A DNA stretch of 64,000 nucleotides from Nitrospirales bacterium (GCA_965222275.1 OZ244941.1:1079184-1143183); one strand, 5' to 3'. Shown: positions 35,880 to 43,734, numbered from the stretch's first letter. The notes: a model not told the origin generated them from the letters alone. Translations and numbers: made by a program.

Positions 35880-36068
35880 TTATCCTCCACCATTAGACTT
35901 ACGTCCCGTTCTTATCCAAATTCGGATTGCCGCCGATAGAACTATATCATGACACACCGGCGCAAGTTGTTCCACGGTGAACAGGCCATCGCGAAACTCC
36001 ACTATTATTCTGGAAGAAAGCACTGTGTTTTTAGAAGCCAGGTTATTTTTACTCCCCAATAGACTCAT
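35880..36068 (-). CDS. Micro-ORF (62 aa) translationally coupled to the nuclease gene
   Basis: Its ATG overlaps the upstream TGA as ATGA (36065-36068). It lies in lower-GC sequence and carries no motif. It could be a remnant. Confidence 0.35.
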   Translation of the reverse strand: MSLLGSKNNLASKNTVLSSRIIVEFRDGLFTVEQLAPVCHDIVLSAAIRIWIRTGRKSNGGG

Positions 36069-36727
36069 CCAATTTTCAGAAAGGCGTGGTGCATTTCTAT
36101 CGGCGGAGTATTTGATCGACGATGACTGCTTCTCCAAACCCAAGGCTCGTCAATCAAGTTCGACCGTTTCAATTCTTCATCGAGGCGTCTCTTGCTGTTC
36201 AGATAGTGGTTGATGCCAGCTACAGCGGCAGCAGCGGAACCTGCGACCAAGTATCCGACCATGAATCCGGTGGAGTGGTTGCCCGCGTACTTGCCGTTTC
36301 GGAAGCGGTCAATGCCTTCCTTGACGTATTCGCGGCAGAGTCGGGAATCCCCGCCGGCGATGCGTTTGCATTCGATGATCGCATGAGGATCGTGTTCGCC
36401 AAACCGCAGGCGTATCTCAATTAGCAGAATCGGGATGTCGGTTCGACCGTCCGGCAGCAATACATCCGGGCGAGAACGAGATTCGGTACCGGGAAATACG
36501 ACCATAGTCTGGCCCCATGGAAATTCGCCACTGTTCAGAGCCGAGCGCATGCCGTCGCGTAGCCGCTCGGTTATCGCCACCTCTCTGGCATCCGCGTTTA
36601 CGTCCAGCGACTGCGATGCAAGCTTCCAGCCAGCCTCGACGGTTCGCAGGATCGTCGTTGCGATCTCAGGGGCAAGGTCGATGAACTGGCGGCCATTGGT
36701 AGCGGGAACGTCAAACGGCACCCTCAT
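36065..36727 (-). CDS. PD-(D/E)xK superfamily nuclease-like protein (220 aa)
   Basis: The motif string is RPDVLLPDGRTDIPILLIE...HAIIECKRI, followed by GIDRFRNGKY. The start overlaps the methyltransferase stop as ATGA (36724-36727). Confidence 0.7.
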   Translation of the reverse strand: MRVPFDVPATNGRQFIDLAPEIATTILRTVEAGWKLASQSLDVNADAREVAITERLRDGMRSALNSGEFPWGQTMVVFPGTESRSRPDVLLPDGRTDIPILLIEIRLRFGEHDPHAIIECKRIAGGDSRLCREYVKEGIDRFRNGKYAGNHSTGFMVGYLVAGSAAAAVAGINHYLNSKRRLDEELKRSNLIDEPWVWRSSHRRSNTPPIEMHHAFLKIG

Positions 36728-39669
36728 GCAATCGTTCCGGTGAAACTTTCAACGATGACGGCGTCCGCGTCTTCGAGCGCAGACACACCCATCCAGTGTC
36801 GGCGGGCAGCGGGCTTGACGATTACGACTTCGTTGCGGCCGTACACTCGTAACTCGCGCTGACCGATCAGGGATGTCGCAAGCGGATAGTTCAGGCGATT
36901 GCCGATCTGGTCGAGAACGTCTCTCAGGTTCCCGTCAGGCGTTACAAACTCCGGTACGGAGGGGCCTGAGCGTTCTTCAAGAACGAAACGAACGACCCGG
37001 AGTAGCGCGCGCTCGGGAAGATCGAAAACTTCGGCTCGCATACGGCGTCGATTCGACGCGGTGAGCCATACGTCCACTGCCGCCAGAAACACGCGGGCAT
37101 ATTCCATCAGGTACGGGTCCGTGTCCGCCGCCGCTACGGACTTATCTCTGCCGGGTTTCCACTGCCAGCTCGCGCGGAACAGGCCGTCACGAGCAACGAT
37201 GCGATCGGCTTCGTCCATGTCGTACAGATCGAAAACGGCTTCATCAAGCGTTTGCCAATCGACGTCGCGTGGGGACCTTCGCTGTAACTTCTGGGCGAGG
37301 CTGGTCAGGCGTCGGCCAGCTTTGGAACGTAATACCTCTTCAAGATCGGGAGTCGGCATGTGCTCGATGTCGCGAAGCAGGAGTCGTCGCTTCCACAGTC
37401 CGAAAGCAGAAGCGGTCATCAGGAAGAACCAGGATGCAAGCGACGAACTGAGAATGGCGGCGATAATGTGGGCAGCCTCGCGGCGTTCTGGTGGAAACGC
37501 CGCTCCGAAATAGGCATCCCTGAAGACGGTATCACGATCGGCGACGGCAACGACGGGACGAGGGCCGCCTTTCAGGACCTCCTGGACGATTAGCAGAGGT
37601 GCTCGATAGATCTCGCGATTGCGAGTTCCCTCTGCCCTGGTCTCGTCAAACGCCCTTAAATCGATTGGCACGAAGAACGGTCGGAGCTCCCTCGTGTCCA
37701 GAAACGGGATGCCTCGAAGGAAACTCGCATTGCGGCTTCTGTTACCGAATTTCAGTCCCGCGCGGAGTTGTGTATTGATCTGGCGGAGTCTGGCGTCCAG
37801 CGGCGCATGACTCGATGTGAGTCGGTCCAATAACGCCAAGTCGCGGGGAGATCCGAAAAACGCCGCTTTCAGAAACTCTGGTTTCCGCTGCCACTCGGCC
37901 AACGGCACGGTGACGATGTCGCTGGGTGCTATTTCGAAGGTGTGGCTCCGAGCGCCGCTAGGAGACCAGGGAACTTGCACGGTGGTTATCGTGTTGAACG
38001 TCGTTGTCCGGTGTCTCGCGAAAAGCACGACCGCGGGCATATTGGCATTTGAAAACAGCCAATCGGATTGGTTTGACAGATTGACCAGCGTCACCGGAGA
38101 CAGCTTTTCAATAAGTCGACGCGAAGTGGCCGCGCCGGTACCGCTCCGGCTGAAGAATTGGACGGCGCTCAGGATCAACCCGAATCGAGTCTCGTCGGAG
38201 GCGAAGTTTATGGCCCGAGAGGCGAAATCGAGACTTTCCCCGCGTGGCGCAAGCACATTGTCTTCACTGTCCCCCACGTGGCGCGTCGTCGTCGCCTCCT
38301 TGCCGCGATAGCTCCATGGCGGATTGCCGACGATGATGTCGAACTTCCTCGTAGTGCCTCGTTCGGTCAACGCCGCCTGACCATCGGCCATCTGCTCCAT
38401 GTTTCGCGCGTCGTTGACAATGAGCGTTTTGCCGATCAGCGGCTTGAATTTCAGAGCCTGCGGTGGTTGTGGGTCCGGGTCGAGTTCCAAAGCCGCCAAG
38501 TAGAGGCTAAAGGCCGCAACGCGCACGGCGGCCTCACTGATGTCTACTCCGTAGATCTGCCTATGCAGCGTGGATCGGATTAGTTGGCGGCTCGGCTCAG
38601 CACCGCCTGATCGGATACGGACGAGCCTGCGCAATGCTTCGACCAGGAAAACACCGGACCCGCACGTCAGGTCGAGTACGGTTTCCTCGCCGGTCAAGCC
38701 TTTCGTGATCTCATCAAGAACCAGGGAAACGAGTGGTAGCCGGGTGTAGAATACGTCCCTTCCGTCGCTATTGTCGTGGGTCGGCGAGTCTTCCTGTGCG
38801 AATTGCTCGTAGATCGAGCTGATCAGTTCCACCGGTATCACGTCAAACTGGTACGGAAAGAGCGTTGTTTGTCCCGACTCGGGGTCCACGGCCTCGAGAA
38901 AGTCCGCGACCCGGCCGAGGTGGTTGGTGCCTGGTGCGGACGAATCCTGCGATGGGAACATGTCTCCATTGAAGATTTCCCGAAGCCAATCGAACAACCG
39001 CTTCGTGGTGCTGCGATCACGCAGTATGGACGCCAGGGTTCCGTGGCCGTAAACACGTTCAAGATGCCCCGTTTTTACGATCCGCCGATCAATGAGGTAC
39101 TGGGTAAATATCGATCGGCCGATTAGCCCCTGGGCGTCTGATGGGCGCATGTCCGCCGATACGAGATCGCACTCAAGCACGGCGAGATCGGACAATAACT
39201 GTTGATCAACGCTGGTTTTTCGATCGACTTGGCGTGCAAGTGGCTCTTGCCAGAAGCGGCCGGTCTCCATGGCGAGTCGTCCGGCGAGCGCATCGAGTTC
39301 GTCCAACGCGCTTTTGATCCTTTTAAAGGTCTGCAGTCGGTGTGCGTCCGCATCCCCGGTCTCTTGGGGCAAGCCAAAGCCGTTGTAGAGTTCGATTTTT
39401 TCCGGCGAAATCACCCACAGCAGTGGAGCGAACCCCTGGTTCCAGATCTCCCTGCGCCACTCGGCGACCTGTTCGTGAGACGGAACTTCTGGTTCGAGCT
39501 TGAAGTAGACGGTAAGAGCCGATTCGCCTCTCCATCGGGCGTCAGGGCGAAAATTCCGTGTGCGGTACCTGCCGCGAGCGGCGTCACCCAGATGCACACC
39601 GTGGGCTGGTTGGCCATTGACTAGGTAACCGGTAGCTTCAAGCACCTCGTGCAGCGCTTGTATGGTCAT
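36724..39669 (-). CDS. Large (981 aa) N6-adenine DNA methyltransferase with unassigned N- and C-terminal regions
   Basis: Motif I VLDLTCGSGVFLVEA, motif IV IIVGNPPWSY. About 330 aa upstream and about 500 aa downstream have no motif I can name. Confidence 0.85.
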   Translation of the reverse strand: MTIQALHEVLEATGYLVNGQPAHGVHLGDAARGRYRTRNFRPDARWRGESALTVYFKLEPEVPSHEQVAEWRREIWNQGFAPLLWVISPEKIELYNGFGLPQETGDADAHRLQTFKRIKSALDELDALAGRLAMETGRFWQEPLARQVDRKTSVDQQLLSDLAVLECDLVSADMRPSDAQGLIGRSIFTQYLIDRRIVKTGHLERVYGHGTLASILRDRSTTKRLFDWLREIFNGDMFPSQDSSAPGTNHLGRVADFLEAVDPESGQTTLFPYQFDVIPVELISSIYEQFAQEDSPTHDNSDGRDVFYTRLPLVSLVLDEITKGLTGEETVLDLTCGSGVFLVEALRRLVRIRSGGAEPSRQLIRSTLHRQIYGVDISEAAVRVAAFSLYLAALELDPDPQPPQALKFKPLIGKTLIVNDARNMEQMADGQAALTERGTTRKFDIIVGNPPWSYRGKEATTTRHVGDSEDNVLAPRGESLDFASRAINFASDETRFGLILSAVQFFSRSGTGAATSRRLIEKLSPVTLVNLSNQSDWLFSNANMPAVVLFARHRTTTFNTITTVQVPWSPSGARSHTFEIAPSDIVTVPLAEWQRKPEFLKAAFFGSPRDLALLDRLTSSHAPLDARLRQINTQLRAGLKFGNRSRNASFLRGIPFLDTRELRPFFVPIDLRAFDETRAEGTRNREIYRAPLLIVQEVLKGGPRPVVAVADRDTVFRDAYFGAAFPPERREAAHIIAAILSSSLASWFFLMTASAFGLWKRRLLLRDIEHMPTPDLEEVLRSKAGRRLTSLAQKLQRRSPRDVDWQTLDEAVFDLYDMDEADRIVARDGLFRASWQWKPGRDKSVAAADTDPYLMEYARVFLAAVDVWLTASNRRRMRAEVFDLPERALLRVVRFVLEERSGPSVPEFVTPDGNLRDVLDQIGNRLNYPLATSLIGQRELRVYGRNEVVIVKPAARRHWMGVSALEDADAVIVESFTGTIA

Positions 39670-39810
39670 GGCCTTTCTCTTCTCGTTTCAACCCTTTTAC
39701 AGAACCGGCGTTCAATACCCCCCGCCAGTGGCCAAATGTCCGGGCACGGGGGGAGGTGGTATTGAGGCGAAAAGCAGCATATACGTCAAGTTAAATTAAT
39801 CACTATACTG

Positions 39811-40101
39811 CTAATCATGATTATTTTCCACCGTTGCGATTTCTTCCGCCGTCAGGTCGTAGCGCTGATACACTAGTTGGTCTATCTCCCCTTCTTGTTC
39901 GCTGGTGTCCGCGGAAGGGTTGTCGGCTTTGGCTTCGAGGATGCGGTCAACCAAGCGGATAAACGGCCCCTGCTCCGCGGCGTTGATTTTGGGGATGGGT
40001 ATTGTTTCAACTATCAGGCTACGGTAAATTGGGCCAAGCCGAGCCGAATCTGATTTGCCACGCCGAAATGGTTCCCTGAGGAAGTGTGCTAGAACTCGCA
40101 T
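39811..40101 (-). pseudogene. C-terminal stub of a type IIG/TaqI_C-type restriction-modification enzyme
   Basis: It ends ...IPIPKINAAEQGPFIRLVDRILEAKADNPSADTSEQEGEIDQLVYQRYDLTAEEIATVE, the canonical tail of Eco57I/PglX-like enzymes. No methyltransferase body lies upstream. Confidence 0.6.
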
Positions 40102-40121
40102 AGCCGAGACTGAGCGGAAAA

Positions 40122-41000
40122 ATGGACTGGAAGCAATACGAGCAGGAAGTTTACGACGAACTCGTTTCGTTGTTTCCCGATGCGCGTGTCCTCCGAGATC
40201 AGAGGAGGATAGGGCGGTCCGGGATCATGAGGCAACTCGACATCCTTGTGGAGGAGCGTGTTGCTGGACGCCCGCTGTCCATTGTTTGGGACGGGAAATA
40301 TTTTTCCTACAAGGTAGATATCGGAGAGGTCGAGGCGTTCACGGGTTTGGTTCGAGATGTCGGTGCGCACAAGGGTGTCCTTGTGACCAATGTCGGTTAC
40401 ACGGCCGGTGCGTTGAAGCGGGCGCAAAGCGAGGAGTGGGACATTGAGTTGGACATCCTCACCCCCGCGGAATTAGTGAGGTTTCAGGCCAAGTGCGCGA
40501 TACCCTATGCTGACTCATGGGGCGTTTTGTTGCCCGCGCCGTTTGGATGGTTGGTCGACGGCTCCAGATTATCCGGCGGTGGGCCTTTGGCTGTCATGTA
40601 CCGTCGGGGATTATGCTCCTTTACTGACGCTCAGCATGAGACCGAATTCATGTATGTAGACTTCTGGAATAAACGTAACAAGACGGACACGCTGAATAAC
40701 TTGCTGGCTCAACAAAAAACGTACTTGAAGGATTACTATTCCGGAAAGGTTGAAGTGACGTATCCCCCCTCCCTAATGTTTCGACGGGATGCGGAAACTC
40801 GCCTTCGGCTCGCACGAATTTACAACAAGGCAGGGAATGTCCTGTTGGAATATAGCGGATTTGTTGATTTCCCAGGGTTTGTTTTCTTCGTAGTTCTCTT
40901 GACGCAGGAAACGACGGCAATGAGAAATTTGAGAAAACTTGAGTACGTCATAGAAAGGGTGCTTCCCATACCAATCGTGCATTCCTCATCGCCCGCCTAG
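40122..41000 (+). CDS. Mrr-type restriction endonuclease domain protein with unknown ~170-aa C-terminal domain
   Basis: WKQYEQEVYDELVSLFP, RQLDILVEE, LSIVWDGKYFSYKVDIGEVEAFTGLVRDVGAHKGVLVTNVGYTAGA (the Mrr_cat pattern D...(D/E)xK). I do not recognise the C-terminal half. Confidence 0.7.
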   Translation: MDWKQYEQEVYDELVSLFPDARVLRDQRRIGRSGIMRQLDILVEERVAGRPLSIVWDGKYFSYKVDIGEVEAFTGLVRDVGAHKGVLVTNVGYTAGALKRAQSEEWDIELDILTPAELVRFQAKCAIPYADSWGVLLPAPFGWLVDGSRLSGGGPLAVMYRRGLCSFTDAQHETEFMYVDFWNKRNKTDTLNNLLAQQKTYLKDYYSGKVEVTYPPSLMFRRDAETRLRLARIYNKAGNVLLEYSGFVDFPGFVFFVVLLTQETTAMRNLRKLEYVIERVLPIPIVHSSSPA

Positions 41001-41028
41001 CAGTCCGTTGAGTCAGTTCGCGTTTTCG

Positions 41029-41085
41029 TTCCACCGGTGCGACTTTTTCGGCAGTCAGGCCGTAGAGGCTATAGACAAGACAGGG
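41029..41085 (-). pseudogene. Second decayed RM C-terminal stub
   Basis: The minus strand encodes CLVYSLYGLTAEKVAPVE. It is about 80% identical by eye to 39827-39887. Confidence 0.4.
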
Positions 41086-41106
41086 GCACGTCTCCACGAT
41101 CCTGCA

Positions 41107-41282
41107 GGGGGCCAGGCCCCCTCGCGCCGTCGCTTCGCGCCGGTCACCCCATGAAGGGGGAATACCCCCTTCAGAACCCCCGTTCGAACCCCACCCTCTT
41201 CTACAGCCTGTGGTTGTGGCGGTGGCTCCACTCTGTATAGCACGGCTCTTGATATTGTGGCGGAGAGGGTGGGCATTCGAAG
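41107..41282. repeat. Distal copy of a ~175-bp direct repeat ending in a copy of the tRNA-Ser 3' end (att-like scar)
   Basis: It ends ...gtggctccactctgtatagcacggctcttgatattgtggcggagagggtgggcattcgaag, versus the tRNA-proximal ...gtggctccactctgtatagcacggctcttgacattatggcggagagggtgggattcgaac. Confidence 0.8.
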
Positions 41283-41313
41283 TCGCGCGGCGGTTGCCTT
41301 CGCGCTCCCGCTA

Positions 41314-41488
41314 GGGGGCCAGGCCCCCTCGCGCCGGCGCGGGGCGCCGGTCACCCCCTGAAGGGGGCGCACCCCCTTCAGAACCCCCGTTCGACTCCCA
41401 CCCTCTTTTACGGCAATTGGTTGAGGCTGTGGCTCCACTCTGTATAGCACGGCTCTTGACATTATGGCGGAGAGGGTGGGATTCGAAC
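41314..41488. repeat. Proximal copy of the ~175-bp direct repeat, overlapping the 3' 24 nt of tRNA-Ser
   Basis: See the distal copy. The offset is 207 bp, and each unit contains the hairpin ctgaaggggg-N-cccccttcag and the palindrome gggggccaggccccc. Confidence 0.8.
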
Positions 41489-41552
41489 CCACGGACCGTT
41501 GCCGGTCAACGGTTTTCGAGACCGCCCGATTCGGCCACTCTCGCACCTCTCC
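41465..41552 (-). tRNA. tRNA-Ser (anticodon CGA), CCA encoded
   Basis: The minus strand reads GGAGAGGTGCGAGAGTGGCCGAATCGGGCGGTCTCGAAAACCG-TTGACCGGCAACGGTCCG-TGGGTTCGAATCCCACCCTCTCCGCCA. Features are acceptor GGAGAGG/CCTCTCC, anticodon loop CT-CGA-AA, a long variable arm and the T-loop GGTTCGAATCC. It is very close to E. coli tRNA-Ser(CGA). Confidence 0.92.
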
Positions 41553-41570
41553 GTGTATAGGTGAGCCCTC

Positions 41571-42074
41571 TCAGCTCATGGTGAGGGGCTGGTCGTGCCT
41601 GAGCCGTTGAAAGAAGCGTTGTAGAAGGTCACGACTCTCGTTTTCCAATATGCCGTGCGTGACGGCGATCTGGTGATTCAAGCGGGTATCCTCATGGAGC
41701 GCAAACAGGGAACCACATGCCCCGGCTTTGGGGTCCCAGGTGCTGAAGACTACACGAGGAATCCGCGCTTGCAGCATGGCGCCGGCACACATGAGACAGG
41801 GTTCCAGCGTCACGTACATGGTTGTGCCAGTTAATCGCCAGGATTGCAACTTTTCGGCAGCTTCCCGGATCACGATGAGTTCTGCATGGGCCGTCGGGTC
41901 CTGTTGGCGTTCTCTGGCGTTTCGTCCCCTGGCCACGATGGTATGCTCACGCACGAGTATCGCCCCCACGGGGACTTCACCGTCGGAAGCGGCTTGTTCC
42001 GCTTCCAGCAGCGCTTCGTGCATGAAGGCTTCATCGGCCGGTGGATCTTGCTTCGCCGTCGTTTCGAGGCCCAT
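41571..42074 (-). CDS. tadA: tRNA adenosine(34) deaminase
   Basis: FMHEALLEAEQAASDGEVPVGAILV, HAELIVIREA and TLEPCLMCAGAM (the CDA zinc motifs HAE...PCxxC). Confidence 0.9.
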   Translation of the reverse strand: MGLETTAKQDPPADEAFMHEALLEAEQAASDGEVPVGAILVREHTIVARGRNARERQQDPTAHAELIVIREAAEKLQSWRLTGTTMYVTLEPCLMCAGAMLQARIPRVVFSTWDPKAGACGSLFALHEDTRLNHQIAVTHGILENESRDLLQRFFQRLRHDQPLTMS

Positions 42075-42151
42075 ACCGCTCCTTTGGTTTACACGGGAAT
42101 CATGGTAACATAGGGCCGCCTCATACTCCATGAGGATCCGTGTTGAGGGAC

Positions 42152-42793
42152 ATGGCGCTTCGCACTCCAATCAACGTTTCCCTTTCCGTCGAACACCTTC
42201 AGTCGATCTGGCAAGCGTTGAACGATTCGTATTTCCGGAACCGGCTGCCGGCCATTGATATTCAATGGAGCACCCGTCTGACGGCGTCGGCCGCCCTCTT
42301 TCGGAGCCGAACGGGTCCGCGCACCTCTTGGGTGGCTCCGGAGGAACGGCATGGCAAAGGACGAGTCATTCGTCTGTCGGTCCCGCTCCTTTCCGGGCAA
42401 TCTTTTGAGGAAATACGGGGGACCTTGGCCCATGAGATGATCCATCAATGGCAGTTTGACGTAAAAAAATATTGTCCTTCGCATGGGCGGGAATTTCGAC
42501 GGATCATGGCCCTGATGAATGACGATGGTTTGGGGATCACGATTTATCATACGCTGGCCGAGGAAACCCAAGCCTCCGCGAAGTTTACGTGGCATTGTGC
42601 GTGGTGCGGGCACGCGTATCATCGCCAACGAAACACCCTCTCAACGAAACGGCATCGCTGTGGGTTGTGCCGGGGGCCGCTTCAGGAAATTATTGCCCGT
42701 AATACGGGCGGGCAACCCTCACCCCAGCCCTCTCCCGGGGGGAGAGGGAGCATTAAGCAGGGTGGCCCTATTCAACTGGCCCTTGATTTTTGA
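42152..42793 (+). CDS. SprT-like zinc metalloprotease domain protein
   Basis: LAHEMIHQW (HExxH) and a C-terminal zinc ribbon (WHCAWCGH...HRCGLCRG). The last ~25 codons read through a REP element (GGQPSPQPSPGGRGS) and overlap the convergent TPR gene. Confidence 0.75.
   Translation: MALRTPINVSLSVEHLQSIWQALNDSYFRNRLPAIDIQWSTRLTASAALFRSRTGPRTSWVAPEERHGKGRVIRLSVPLLSGQSFEEIRGTLAHEMIHQWQFDVKKYCPSHGREFRRIMALMNDDGLGITIYHTLAEETQASAKFTWHCAWCGHAYHRQRNTLSTKRHRCGLCRGPLQEIIARNTGGQPSPQPSPGGRGSIKQGGPIQLALDF
42716..42750. repeat. REP element (ggagagg family) inside the 3' end of the SprT-like ORF
   Basis: ccctcaccccagccctctcccggggggagagggag. Confidence 0.65.
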
Positions 42794-43592
42794 ACGTCGC
42801 AGGTGGTGGCGTGGACGAGCCCCGAGCCTCTTTTCCCCGGGCGTGGAGGAGGGCGAGGCGTTTTTGATCGTTCTCGATTTCCGGCAGGTGATACCGCCTG
42901 TCAACCTGGACGGCCCGTTCCAGGCAGCGCAACGCGGACACGTGGTCGCCTCTGGTTGCGTAAATATCGGCCAGGAGGCGGAGCACCGCGGCTTCGCCGG
43001 GTTCCTGCCCCAGTTTGATGAAATGTTCGCTGGCGTTATTGAGACAGCGTTCCGCTTGCTGCAGGTCTCCTTGAGAGAGCAGGGCCTTGCCGAATTGGCT
43101 GAACGTGTTGGCCAACCCCGATTCATCGCCGACCATGCGGTGGCACTCGAGTGCCCGTTGAAAATGCGAGATGGCTGCGTCGGGTTGCTTGGTGGCGAGT
43201 TCCATCAACGCCAGATTGTTATACAGAATGCCTAAGGCGCGATGGTGTTCAATGGGGTGAAGGACGTCAAGGGCCTCCAAATAATAGGCCTTGGCCGTTT
43301 CGAATTGGCCCGCGTCGGCTTTGAGATTGCCGAGATTGACCAATGTTTCTCCAACGATTGACGGATCATGTTCACGGCGTTGAAGCGTAAGCACTTCGTG
43401 ATAACAGGCTTCCGCTTCGGCGTACTCTCCCAGTTGCGCGCACACGTTGCCGAGGTTTCCCAACGCGGTGGTCAGGGCCTGACCCGTCTCGTTGTTCCGG
43501 GCTTCTTGCACGGCTTCCCCGTACCAATGGCGCGCTTGCGTAAGATTGCCGCGATGCAAATGAATGCGGGCGCGTTGTGAGGCGTGGCTCAT
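42768..43592 (-). CDS. Tetratricopeptide-repeat protein
   Basis: Six to seven consecutive 34-aa TPR units (AL.NLGNV....G.Y.EA...Y.EAL). Confidence 0.8.
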   Translation of the reverse strand: MSHASQRARIHLHRGNLTQARHWYGEAVQEARNNETGQALTTALGNLGNVCAQLGEYAEAEACYHEVLTLQRREHDPSIVGETLVNLGNLKADAGQFETAKAYYLEALDVLHPIEHHRALGILYNNLALMELATKQPDAAISHFQRALECHRMVGDESGLANTFSQFGKALLSQGDLQQAERCLNNASEHFIKLGQEPGEAAVLRLLADIYATRGDHVSALRCLERAVQVDRRYHLPEIENDQKRLALLHARGKEARGSSTPPPATFKNQGPVE

Positions 43593-43734
43593 GATGGGGA
43601 AGGCATGGAGAAAACGGAGAGAGGGGCTCCCTCACGAATCGCAGAAACGTCGAGCGCACGGTGTTGCCAAACCATGCCGGGGTTTGCTACCTACGCATTT
43701 GAGCCCGTCCGGGTCCCCGAGCGGAGATACCGTA

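Noticed and set aside
17056-41464. Looked for an integrase, transposase or conjugation gene to define the accessory block as a mobile element.
   Set aside because: No ORF in the window shows tyrosine or serine recombinase or DDE transposase motifs. The block is therefore reported as an island with att-like scars, not as a defined mobile element.
41055-41546. 163-aa minus-strand ORF with an internal protein repeat (RAVLYRVEP...GVTGA.RRREGAWPP twice).
   Set aside because: It overlaps the tRNA-Ser gene and is simply the translation of the ~175-bp att-like DNA duplication and its GC-rich hairpins.
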